Positions 30,665 through 40,200 of a stretch of DNA of 64,000 nt are shown piece after piece. Positions within the stretch are counted from its first letter, which is position 1. Every line of letters starts with the position of its first letter. Made by a program: the position numbers and the translations under genes. Source of the DNA: an uncultured delta proteobacterium (GTDB taxonomy: Bacteria > Myxococcota_A > Polyangia > Polyangiales > B10-G4). The notes below the pieces were generated by a model. That model was not told the DNA's origin. It worked only from the letters and a program-made list of their open reading frames with translations, and ran no database searches. Where the stretch lies: assembly GCA_963727445.1 (NCBI GenBank), contig CAVSGI010000020.1:416001-480000 (forward strand), in the 5' to 3' direction.

Positions 30665-31411
30665 TCATGGGAAGCGCAACGTTTCGTAAGCGCCGACGAC
30701 CCGTGGATCCTGGGCGTCGTTCTGGGTGACCACCACGACGACGGCGATGATCGCAGCCACCGCCAGAACGGCCGCCACGCCACCCAGCACCCAGCCCGTC
30801 GGAAAGGAGCTCTCCTCGTCCTCCGAGTCCGCGGGCGCGAGCTCGGGCGCGCGCGTCAGCGCGATCGCGAGATCCCGGAGCTCCCCGCTCGCGACGGTGA
30901 CGCGTTCCCTCCGTGCCGACCAGCCGTCGGCGGCTACGCGCACCATGTGCTCACCGGCGGCGATGGGCACGTCGAGGGGCGCGGATCCGCGGCTCGTTCC
31001 CACCACCTCGCCGTCCACTTCCACGCTCGTTCGATTTGGACCACTGACCCGGAGCCTCAGCGTCGCGAGCTCTGCGACCGCGAGCTCGAGCTGCGCCTCG
31101 ACGTCGCGCCGGCGCGCCGGGTCGAGCTCGCCATGACGACCCGAGAGCAGCTCCCGCAAGAGCTCGATCGCACGAGGAACCTCGCCGGTTCGACGCAGCG
31201 CGATGGCCAGGTTCATATAGGTCGCGAAGCGGGGGCAGACGCGCGAAGACTCGTCGAGCAGATCGCGCCCGAGGGCGGCGCGCCCCTCGCCGAGCGCCTC
31301 GATGGCGCGATCGAAGAGCTCACGGCCTCGCTCGCAATCCTGCGCCGCCGCGACGTGGGATGTCGTCACCATGGCGAGAGTCATCGCGGCGACCAGCAGC
31401 CTCGTGGTCAC
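30665..31411 (-). CDS. TPR + PEGA domain exported protein with C-terminal TM helix
   Basis: Signal peptide; TPR (TYMNLAIALRR); PEGA-like SVEVDGEVVG..PLDVPIAAGEHMVRV; TM WVLGGVAAVLAVAAIIAVVVVV. GTGA overlap with the kinase stop. Confidence 0.8.
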   Translation of the reverse strand: MTTRLLVAAMTLAMVTTSHVAAAQDCERGRELFDRAIEALGEGRAALGRDLLDESSRVCPRFATYMNLAIALRRTGEVPRAIELLRELLSGRHGELDPARRRDVEAQLELAVAELATLRLRVSGPNRTSVEVDGEVVGTSRGSAPLDVPIAAGEHMVRVAADGWSARRERVTVASGELRDLAIALTRAPELAPADSEDEESSFPTGWVLGGVAAVLAVAAIIAVVVVVTQNDAQDPRVVGAYETLRFP

Positions 31412-32826
31412 TGCCCCCATCCGTAGAGCTCTCCCTCCGCCGCCGATTGCGTGGGCGCGGCGGGATTCGAACGCATGCGCTGGGCGCGCCCGTGACGTCG
31501 ACGCCGACGCCTGACCTCCGACGCGCTTTCGGTGGGCTGCGCCGCGGACACGGGCTCGTCTGCGGAGGGCTCGGGGGTCGCCGCCGCCTGACGCGTCTCG
31601 GGCTCGGTCGTCTCGCGCGGTGCCGTGGTGGTGGGGGGGGCCGTGGAGACCGGCTCTACCGGCGGAGGCTCGAGCTCCTGCTCCGGCGCGTCGTCGGGGC
31701 TGGGCTGCATGAGCCACATGGTCAGCGCCACCGCGACGGCGGCGGTGGCCGCCGAGACCAGCGCCAGCCCCATCGTGCGTCGGCCGCCGAGGCGCGTGAT
31801 CTTCGTCGGCTCGGACGCCGCATCCAACGCGGCGAGCGAGACCGCGCCTGTCAGCGGCTTGTTGAACCGCGTGCGGATCTGCTCGAGCTCGGCTTCCTGG
31901 GCACGCTTCTGCTCGCCGAAATGCTGGTCGAGGAAATCCCCCAGCGACAGATGCGATTCGTCGATCGCCTGGAGGGCCAGGACCTCGTCGAGGATCCGAA
32001 CCACTTCCCGCCCCGACTCGGGCCGATCGGCAGGGCCCTTCGCGAGCATCCGAAACAGAAGCTCGACGATCGACGGATGCACGTCTTTGCGCACCTCGTC
32101 GATGTCGGGCGGCGGCTCGTTCAGGATCGCCCGAGCCGCGGCCGCGCCATCGTCGCGCTGGTAGAGCCGATGGCTCGACAGCAGCTCGTAGAAGACGACC
32201 CCCAACGCGAAGAGGTCTGCGCGCCGATCGGGCTCCTCGAAGCGGAGCTGCTCCGGCGCCATGTATCCGTATTTGCCTTTGAGCACGCCGGTGTGTGTTC
32301 GGCTGATGCGCCCCCGCGCGCGCGCGACACCGAAGTCGGCCAGGCGCGCCGCACCGTCGTAGCCCAGGAGAATGTTCTGCGGCGACACGTCGCGGTGAAC
32401 GACCTGCAATGGGTTTCCTTTTCCGTCGCGAAGCTCATGCACGCTGTGGAGCCCATCGGCGATCTGCCGGACGATGCGCGCGCAGAGCTGGACGGGCAGG
32501 AGCTCGCCCTGCTGATGCGCCCACTTCAGCAGCGTGGAAACAGAGAGACCGCGAACGAAGTCCATCACGAGATAGGGCCCGCTCTCGTCCACCCCGACGT
32601 CGAGCACGCTCACGACGTGCGGATGGTGGACCAGGCCGGCGATCCGGGCCTCGTCGAGAAACATCTGGCGTACCGCCTCGTCGTCGACGAAAGCCTCGCG
32701 CAGGCGCTTTATCGCGTAAATGCGCCGGAAGTGCCCCTCTTCGCGGATCGCGAGCTCGACCCGCCCCATGCCTCCGCGCGCGAGCTCGCGGACGAAGTGA
32801 TACTTGGTCCCGCTGCCGGTGCCCAC
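31408..32826 (-). CDS. Membrane-anchored Ser/Thr protein kinase (Pkn-type)
   Basis: ARGGMGRV, AIKRL, HRDVSPQNILL, LADFG, GKYGYMAPE; TM helix then Pro/Thr-rich tail. Confidence 0.95.
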   Translation of the reverse strand: MGTGSGTKYHFVRELARGGMGRVELAIREEGHFRRIYAIKRLREAFVDDEAVRQMFLDEARIAGLVHHPHVVSVLDVGVDESGPYLVMDFVRGLSVSTLLKWAHQQGELLPVQLCARIVRQIADGLHSVHELRDGKGNPLQVVHRDVSPQNILLGYDGAARLADFGVARARGRISRTHTGVLKGKYGYMAPEQLRFEEPDRRADLFALGVVFYELLSSHRLYQRDDGAAAARAILNEPPPDIDEVRKDVHPSIVELLFRMLAKGPADRPESGREVVRILDEVLALQAIDESHLSLGDFLDQHFGEQKRAQEAELEQIRTRFNKPLTGAVSLAALDAASEPTKITRLGGRRTMGLALVSAATAAVAVALTMWLMQPSPDDAPEQELEPPPVEPVSTAPPTTTAPRETTEPETRQAAATPEPSADEPVSAAQPTESASEVRRRRRRHGRAQRMRSNPAAPTQSAAEGELYGWGQ

Positions 32827-32839
32827 GGCGCATAGGGTA

Positions 32840-34270
32840 TCACCCTGCGAGGATCTCGCTGATCTGTCCCTCCGGCAACGTGGCGAGCTCGGCTGACTCG
32901 TACTCGCCCTCTCCGGTCCCAGGAACGCCGAAGTTCGTGACGGGACCCCCGTCGGCCTCGCGAACGCCCACCGCGTTGAGGATCGTGGTCAGGAGGCGAT
33001 TGTGCGTGTCGGTCACGCGGATGTACTCGCCCTGTCGGAAGTAGCCACCGCAGCTGCCAGCGAGGACGTAGGGCATGTCCCAGACCTCGTGGCCGTTCGC
33101 CATTTCGTTGGTGTAGACGGCGACCGTGTTGTCGAGGAGCGTGTCGCCTGCCGGGCCGGGCTCGGGGTAGCTCGAGAGCTTCTCGAGCAGATAGGCGAAC
33201 TGCTCCGTGTGCCACACGTCGATGTCCCAGATCTGCTCCTGCCAGTCGGGGATGTCGTTGGCGTAGCCATGGGAGATGCCGTGATGCCCCTCGGTCTGCC
33301 CCAGCCATCGATAGGTGGAGGAGTCGCTGCCGCGTCCGAAGAGGAGCATGCCCACCCGCGACACGTCGGCGGCGAGGGCCATGGCGAGGATGTCCATGTG
33401 CATCCGGTGAATGATGGGGCGGTCGCCGCTGCCCGTGCTGGTGCCGATCTCCTCCATATGGGCTTCCACTTCGGGCGGGAGCGGCTCGATCAGGTTCATC
33501 TCCATCGCGCTCGTCTCGAGCTGGCGGATGCTCGTCAGATGCTGATCGACCACGACGCGGTCACCTGCGCTCAGGGGACCGCGCGGGCTCTGGAGCGCGG
33601 TGAGCTCTTCGCGGACGAGGTCGATGACGCTCTGGCGGCGGTTGATGATGCGGGCGCGCGTCTCGGCGTCGGCGGTGCTGAGCCCGACGAGCTCCTGATA
33701 GGCGTCCCATGGGTTCGACTCCATCGTCGCGGGCCGACCCTCGCCGAGCCAGGAGATGGTCTGGTAGGTGACCGTCGACGTCGGGAACCTCGTCCGGAGC
33801 AGGAGCGGCTCGCGCTCGGGATGCAGCGCAGCCGCCATCACCTGGTCGACGCTCGGCCCCACCGGCAACTGCCGGTTGTATTCGTTGGTGCCGAAGTCGT
33901 CGCCGTACATCAGCTGGGACGCGGTCCATCGCTTCACGTTGCCGTGAACGTGACCGGCGACGTTTCTGAACGACGGCCGGGTGTCCAGCCCTTCGAGGAA
34001 GAGCAGCTTGTCGCGAAACGCCCCCAGCGTGTGGGTCGTGCGGTTGGGATCGGCGAAGTGCGCGTCGCTCAGCCTGCCAGGCTCCGCGTTGGGCCAGAAC
34101 CGTCCCATCCGCACGCCGTTCGAATACTGGTACCCGATGAAACGCCGCGGCGGCACCGGCGTCTGAGACCTCGCGCTCGTAGGGACGAGGCCCTCGAGGA
34201 AGGGAAGCGAGAGCACGACGCCTCCCATGCCTTTGAGGAATCGTCGTCGACTCGAACTGCTCTTGCTCAT
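32840..34270 (-). CDS. DUF1552 domain protein (Tat signal)
   Basis: SRRRFLKGMGGVVLSLPFLE, SVDQVMA, HLTSIRQLE, HHGISH, DTLLDNT, NEMANGH. ATGA overlap with the upstream gene. Confidence 0.88.
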   Translation of the reverse strand: MSKSSSSRRRFLKGMGGVVLSLPFLEGLVPTSARSQTPVPPRRFIGYQYSNGVRMGRFWPNAEPGRLSDAHFADPNRTTHTLGAFRDKLLFLEGLDTRPSFRNVAGHVHGNVKRWTASQLMYGDDFGTNEYNRQLPVGPSVDQVMAAALHPEREPLLLRTRFPTSTVTYQTISWLGEGRPATMESNPWDAYQELVGLSTADAETRARIINRRQSVIDLVREELTALQSPRGPLSAGDRVVVDQHLTSIRQLETSAMEMNLIEPLPPEVEAHMEEIGTSTGSGDRPIIHRMHMDILAMALAADVSRVGMLLFGRGSDSSTYRWLGQTEGHHGISHGYANDIPDWQEQIWDIDVWHTEQFAYLLEKLSSYPEPGPAGDTLLDNTVAVYTNEMANGHEVWDMPYVLAGSCGGYFRQGEYIRVTDTHNRLLTTILNAVGVREADGGPVTNFGVPGTGEGEYESAELATLPEGQISEILAG

Positions 34271-35928
34271 GGTCCCTCCCATCCGGTGGTGCTGCGGTAC
34301 CGCATGACGTCGCTGAGGGCGGCGGCTCTGAGGACGGCCGGTGCCGGTCGATCCCCTCCTTCGAGCGCGCGCTCGAGCGGATCCACCAGACACGGATCGG
34401 GATCCGAGTCTGCGTAGACGAAGCGCGCCCAATGATCCGCGTAGCAAGCGACGAGCGCATCGCTGTCCGCGATGTCCCCTGCGAGCTCGTTCGCATCCGC
34501 GAAGGACACGGTCCGTCCGTCGATCTGCATCTCGCCGCTCGCATCCACCGGCACGCCGTTGTCCATCGCGCGGAATCGACCGAGGCTGTCGAAATGCTCG
34601 AGGGCGTAGCCCGGTGGATTGATGATCGAGTGACAGGTGTGGCACGGCTCCATCTGAAATCCGGCCTCGATACGCTGGCGCCGCGTCGTTCCCGGCTCGT
34701 CCATCCCGTCTTCGATGATCGCCTCGTTGTCGGCGGTCAGAGGCGGTGGCGTCCCGAGGCTCGTACAGAGGAGCGTCCGGTGGACGAAGAGGCCGCGATG
34801 GACCGGGTTGGTGTTGACCGCGACCGCGAAGGGCTGCGTCAGGATCCCCGAACGCTCACCCGGCATGTCGAAGGGGGCGGTCTCCCCCATCACCCCGTCG
34901 CCCATCCCATAGAGGTCGGTGAGCGTCGGGTCCAGGAAGATCCGTGGTGAGGTGAGGAGGGTGTCGAGGCTGCCGTCTTCCTCGAAGAGAGCGTAGGAGA
35001 GGAACGCGCGCAGGCTGGCGCGCAGGGGCTCGGTCACGTCCTGCCCGCTCTCCTGATCGATCACCGCGCGCGTCTCGCCGGCGAGCCCCAGCCACCGCTC
35101 GTGGAACCGGAGGATCGTCTCTTTCGCCCGGTCGTCGGCCAGCATCCGGCCGACCTGGGCGTCGATCTGATCGTCGGTGTGGAGCGCCGCCGCCGCGGCC
35201 GCCGCGAAGAGCTCGTCGTCGGGCATCGTGTTCCAGAGCAGGTAGGACAGGCGAGAAGCCATCTCGAAGTCCGTCGGGATGATGCGGTCCGCGTCCGCGA
35301 GCTCCTCGCTCAGCTCCACACGGTGCAGGAAGTGCGGGGATTGGAGGATCGCCGTCACGAGCAGCTCGATGCCGCTCTCGAAGCTGTCGTCCTCGGAGAG
35401 CTCGGCCCTCCTCTGGTAGAGCGCCTCGTAGCGCGCCTGTTCGTCCGCCGTGAGCGGGCGGCGATAGGCGCGCAAGCCGAACTCCTCGATGAAGCGCCGG
35501 GCACAAGCGTCCCCCTCGCTCGGATCACAGTCGACGAGGCGCGACAGCGCCGTCGAATCGCCCGCGATGATCGATGCGTTCTCCTCGGCCGAGCGCCGGT
35601 AGTCGCGGGCGAGGTTGTCGTCGATGAGCCCGTCGACCGTCGGAGTGAGCTCCACCTCGGAGATCTCCGCCGTCCGCAAGAGATCGCGGATCGTGTTGGC
35701 GTACTGCTCATGGGTGAGTCGGGGCACTCGGGTCGTCGGCGGAATCGCGCCGACCTCGCAAGTCGCCGGTTCCGCACAGGTGCCGTCCGAGCAAACTCGT
35801 CTCGGCTCGTCTGCGCCGGCCCCCCCGGCGTCGCTGATGTATCCCTGGCAGGCGTTGAGGGTCAGCGCCAGAGTCACCAGCGCCAGGCCCACGCACCATC
35901 CGCTCTTCGATCTCCAGTGTCCCGCCAT
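34267..35928 (-). CDS. DUF1587/1595/1592/1588/1585 multidomain lipoprotein with CxxCH motif
   Basis: RLTHEQYANTIRDL, FGLRAYRRPL, LQSPHFLHR, ASRLSYLLWNTMPD, PVHRG, CHTCH..INPPG, FDSLGRFR. Confidence 0.9.
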   Translation of the reverse strand: MAGHWRSKSGWCVGLALVTLALTLNACQGYISDAGGAGADEPRRVCSDGTCAEPATCEVGAIPPTTRVPRLTHEQYANTIRDLLRTAEISEVELTPTVDGLIDDNLARDYRRSAEENASIIAGDSTALSRLVDCDPSEGDACARRFIEEFGLRAYRRPLTADEQARYEALYQRRAELSEDDSFESGIELLVTAILQSPHFLHRVELSEELADADRIIPTDFEMASRLSYLLWNTMPDDELFAAAAAAALHTDDQIDAQVGRMLADDRAKETILRFHERWLGLAGETRAVIDQESGQDVTEPLRASLRAFLSYALFEEDGSLDTLLTSPRIFLDPTLTDLYGMGDGVMGETAPFDMPGERSGILTQPFAVAVNTNPVHRGLFVHRTLLCTSLGTPPPLTADNEAIIEDGMDEPGTTRRQRIEAGFQMEPCHTCHSIINPPGYALEHFDSLGRFRAMDNGVPVDASGEMQIDGRTVSFADANELAGDIADSDALVACYADHWARFVYADSDPDPCLVDPLERALEGGDRPAPAVLRAAALSDVMRYRSTTGWEGP

Positions 35929-36143
35929 CCGTGATGCCCTCGTCCACAGAACCTAGGGGAGCGGCACGCAGCCGGCGATTACGGCGCAAGCGCGAAACGG
36001 GAACGAGCCTTGAAACGCAAGGCCAAACGGGCCCTCCCGCCACATCGAGCGCGGTACCGGAGGAAGAGCCGCGAAGAGCTCGTCGACGAGCGCGCTTCCA
36101 ATGATGGCGCAGGTATGATCCTTCGTACCGGTAGGAGGATCTC

Positions 36144-37115
36144 ATGACGAAGCTCTGGCCCCTCGGGGTGTTCGCGGCGGCGACGCTCGCGATGGCGTGT
36201 GGCGACAGCCACGAGACGACGGACGGCGCGGTCGACAGCGGCACGGTCGATGGGGCGAGCGATGGCGGAACGACCGACAGCGGGACGACCGACGGCACCG
36301 TCGACAGCGGCGGCGGGGGCGGCCCGTGTCCGGCCGTGCTGCCCGAGCCGAGCGCGACCTGTTCGCCCGAGGGGCTCGTCTGCGAGTACGGGATGCGCTC
36401 ATGCCTGGCGACGGCCGAATGCAGCGGAGGGACGTGGACCGTGACCACCCCGCGCTGTCCTCCACCCCCCGCGGGCGGCTGCCCGGCCACGCGCGAGGAC
36501 GCCCAGGGCACCGCGTGCGCGGGCGACGAGGGCGCCACCTGCGAGTACGACTCCCTCCTCTGTCATTGCACCACCTGCCCAGACCCCTATCCGCTCTGCA
36601 TGACGGTCGATCCGCCCGTCTGGGCCTGCGAGGCGCCGAACCCCGACACCTCCTGTCCCGCGGCGCAGCCGCTCCTCGGCACGACGTGCGCGATGGAAGG
36701 GCAGACCTGCGATTACGGTTGCGAGGCGGGGCAGCAGCGAGTGTGCATGGGCGGGATCTGGACGGCGGCCTCCTCACCCGGCGGCTGCCCCATCTCGACC
36801 CGGCGGGTCAAGCGCGACATCGACTACCTCGAAGCGACCGAGGTCGACGCGATCGCCCGCGAGGTCCTCGGCACGCGCCTCGCGACCTACGAGTACAAGG
36901 ACCCCGCGCTCGCACCCGGCCGGCATCTCGGCTTCATCATCGAGGACCAGCCCCATTCGTACTCCGTCGATCCCGAGAGGAGCCAGGTCGACCTCTATGG
37001 CTACACCAGCATGCTGGTCGCCGCGACCCAGGCGCAGAACCGCCGCATCGAGGAGCTCGAGCGCACCGTCACAGCTCTTCAACGTCAGGTCCAAGCACGC
37101 CAGTGCGCCCCATGA
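36144..37115 (+). CDS. Cys-rich lipoprotein with C-terminal intramolecular chaperone autoprocessing (peptidase S74-like) domain
   Basis: Lipobox LAMAC; three CP..(G)..C..EG..C.Y modules; then ISTRRVKRDI..YEYK..HLGFIIED..VDLYG..LVAATQ plus coiled coil. Confidence 0.8.
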   Translation: MTKLWPLGVFAAATLAMACGDSHETTDGAVDSGTVDGASDGGTTDSGTTDGTVDSGGGGGPCPAVLPEPSATCSPEGLVCEYGMRSCLATAECSGGTWTVTTPRCPPPPAGGCPATREDAQGTACAGDEGATCEYDSLLCHCTTCPDPYPLCMTVDPPVWACEAPNPDTSCPAAQPLLGTTCAMEGQTCDYGCEAGQQRVCMGGIWTAASSPGGCPISTRRVKRDIDYLEATEVDAIAREVLGTRLATYEYKDPALAPGRHLGFIIEDQPHSYSVDPERSQVDLYGYTSMLVAATQAQNRRIEELERTVTALQRQVQARQCAP

Positions 37116-37229
37116 CCCGGAGGCGCGACGTCGGGCGGCAAGTCGACGCTAATTATGCGTTAGATTACAAAGCCTTTTATCCGTTGTGCATTTGTGGGAC
37201 TCACCCGCCTTCGATAGCATCGAGGGTGG

Positions 37230-40200
37230 GTGAAAGCGTCGTCTCGAGGGGCTCGGCTGGGCACGCTGCTCTTGGCACTCCCCGCGTTGGTGAGCTGTGC
37301 AACGAAGGAGTGTCCGCCGGGCGGGGCCGGCATCTTCTGTCTCGACCCGGGTCCGGTCTCCGATAGCGGCGGCACCGACACCCCGTCCTGCGTCGCGGGC
37401 GAGACATGCGACACCGGCAACTCTTGCGAAGTGGGCGCGGTCGAGTGCGTCGGCGCCGTTGCGCAGTGCGTGAGCACTGGCCTGCTACCACCGGGCACCG
37501 AATGCGGGGTTGGGCTGTCTTGCGACGATGCCGGCGACTGCTCGATCTGCACTCCGGATGTCACCTGCGACACGGGCAACCCGTGTGAGGAGGGTCGGAT
37601 CGACTGCGGTTCCGGTGGGCCTGTCTGCATTCCACGCCAGGGCCTGCCATCGGGTACGCCTTGCGGCACCTCGGGCGTTTGCTCGGGCATGGGCGTCTGC
37701 AGCGAGTGTGTCGAGGGAACGACGTGCGACACGGGTGACCCATGCACGCGTGGCGTCTTCGACTGCTCCGGTGGCGATCCCGGCGTTTGCGTCGAGTCGA
37801 CAGACCTGCCGTCCGGCACCACGTGCGGTCCGGGGCTCGCCTGCGCCACAGGCGGCACCTGCAGCTCGTGCGTCGACGGGACGACGTGCGACACGGGCAA
37901 CCCGTGTGAGAACGGGGAGACGGACTGCGACGGGGATGCGCCCGTCTGCATCACGGCGGCGGACGTCCCACCGGGGACGCCTTGTGGGACGGCGGGGAGC
38001 TGCTCGGGCGCAGGCACCTGCAGCGAGTGCATACCCGGAACGACGTGCGACACGGGCAATGCGTGCACACGCGGAATGACCGATTGCAGCGCCGGCGGTG
38101 CGGGCGTGTGCATGGAGGTCGAGGACTTCCCCGCGGGGACGCGATGCGGCGCTGGGCTCGCTTGCGATGGGACCGGCGGGTGCACCCTCTGCGTCGATGG
38201 CGACGCGTGCACGACCGGCGCCTGCGAGACGGGCACGACCCGTTGCGTGAGCGGCTCGCCGGTCTGCGAGGTGACGGGCTCTGCGGGGGTCGGTGCGATC
38301 TGCCGGCCGTCCGCCGGCGCTTGTGATCTCGCGGAGGTTTGCGACGGGTCGATGACTTGCCCCGCGGACGGATTCGCGCCCGCCGGGACCCCCTGCCCCT
38401 CTGGCGAGTGCGATGGCGCCGGGACGTGCACCTCGACCTGTACGGACGGCGCGCCGTGCTCGACGGGCAGCCCCTGTGAAGTGGGCCGTGTCGACTGTAC
38501 GAGCGGCTCGGCCGTCTGCGTCGCCGCCGGACCGGCGACGGCGGGCACCGTGTGCCGCGCGGCGGTGGACGCATGTGACGTCGAGGAGACTTGCGACGAA
38601 GTGGCGACGGCGTGTCCGCTGGACGGGTTCTCGCCGGCCGGGGCGACGTGTCCGGGCGGGTATTGCGACGGGCTCGGCGGCTGCGGTGCGTGCAGCGCCG
38701 GAGCGCCGTGCTCGACGGGAAACCCCTGCGAGCTCGGCACGACGGATTGCGGCACCGGGGCTCCGGTGTGCGTGAGCGCGGGCGCCGCACCTGCGGGAAC
38801 CAGCTGCCGTCCCAGCGCCGGAGCCTGCGACGCCGAGGAGACCTGCGATGGCGCCGGCACCGTCTGCCCGCCCGACGCGCTGCTGGCTGCTGGTACGGCC
38901 TGCCGTCCGAGCGCAGGCGTCTGTGACGCCACCGAGGTCTGCGACGGGTCGAGCCCCGCGTGCCCGGCCGATGCCCCGGCCGGCGCGGGCACCATCTGCC
39001 GCGCCGTGGTGAGCCCATGTGACGTCGCGGAGGCATGCGACGGCGTGAGCACGACGTGTCCAGGTGATGCTGTCGCGCCGATGGGTACGAGCTGCCGGGC
39101 ATCGAGCGGACCGTGCGACGCCGCCGAGACCTGCGATGGCTCGGCGCCGACGTGTCCAGCAGACGCGTTCGATCCTGCGGGCACCGTGTGCCGCCCGTCC
39201 AGCGGGAGCTGCGACCCGGCCGAGAGCTGCGATGGCGGGTCGCCGACCTGTCCGGCCGACGCGCTCGACCCCGCCGGGTTCGTCTGCCGCCCGGCGGCGG
39301 GGGAATGCGACGCGGATGAGACGTGCGACGGTGCGAGCGTGCTCTGCCCGGCCGATGCGTTTCTCGCCGCGGGCACGATGTGCTCCCTCGGGAGCTGCGA
39401 CGGGGCGGGGATGTGCACGACGTGCACGCCGGGTGCGCCGTGCTCCACAGGCAACCCCTGCGAGCTCGGCGTCACGGATTGCACGGGCGGCGTGACTACC
39501 TGCGTAGCATCGGGTCCGGCGCCCGCGGGGACATCCTGCCGGGCTGCCGCGGACCTCTGCGACGCAGAAGAGCTCTGTGACGGGGTGAGCACCGTCTGCC
39601 CGCCGAACGGTGTCGCGGCCGCCGGCACCTCGTGTCGCGCGAGCGTGAGCGCGTGTGATGCGGAGGAGGTCTGCGACGGTGTCGGCTCCGCGTGTCCGGG
39701 CGACGCCGTGAGCCCGGCTGGCACCGTCTGCCGCGCCAGCGCCGGCGCCTGCGACAGCGCGGAGGTCTGCGACGGCGTCGGCGCCGCGTGCCCGGGCGAC
39801 GCCGTGAGCCCCGCCGGGAGCGTGTGTCGCGTGAGCGCCGGGGCGTGCGACGCCGCGGAGAGCTGTGACGGGACGAGTGGCCTCTGCCCCGCGGACGTCG
39901 TGAGCCCGGCCGGCACTTCGTGTCGCGCGAGCACGGGAGCGTGCAATCCCGCGGAGACCTGTGACGGCACGAGCGGCGCTTGTCCTGCGGACTCACTGGC
40001 CGCAGCGGGGACGACCTGTCGGGCGGCTTCGGGTGAATGCGACGTGGCCGAGACCTGCGATGGCGCGAGCACGTCGTGTCCGGTGGATGGCTATCAACCG
40101 GTGGGGACGGCGTGCTCGATCGGTGTCTGCGACGGTCTCAACATGTGCATCACCTGCACCGCGGGCGCGCCGTGCTCGACGGGCAACGCCTGCGAGCTGG

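Noticed and set aside
36780..37115. Prophage tail-fibre remnant
   Set aside because: The S74-like domain is fused to a lipoprotein and no other phage genes are in the window.
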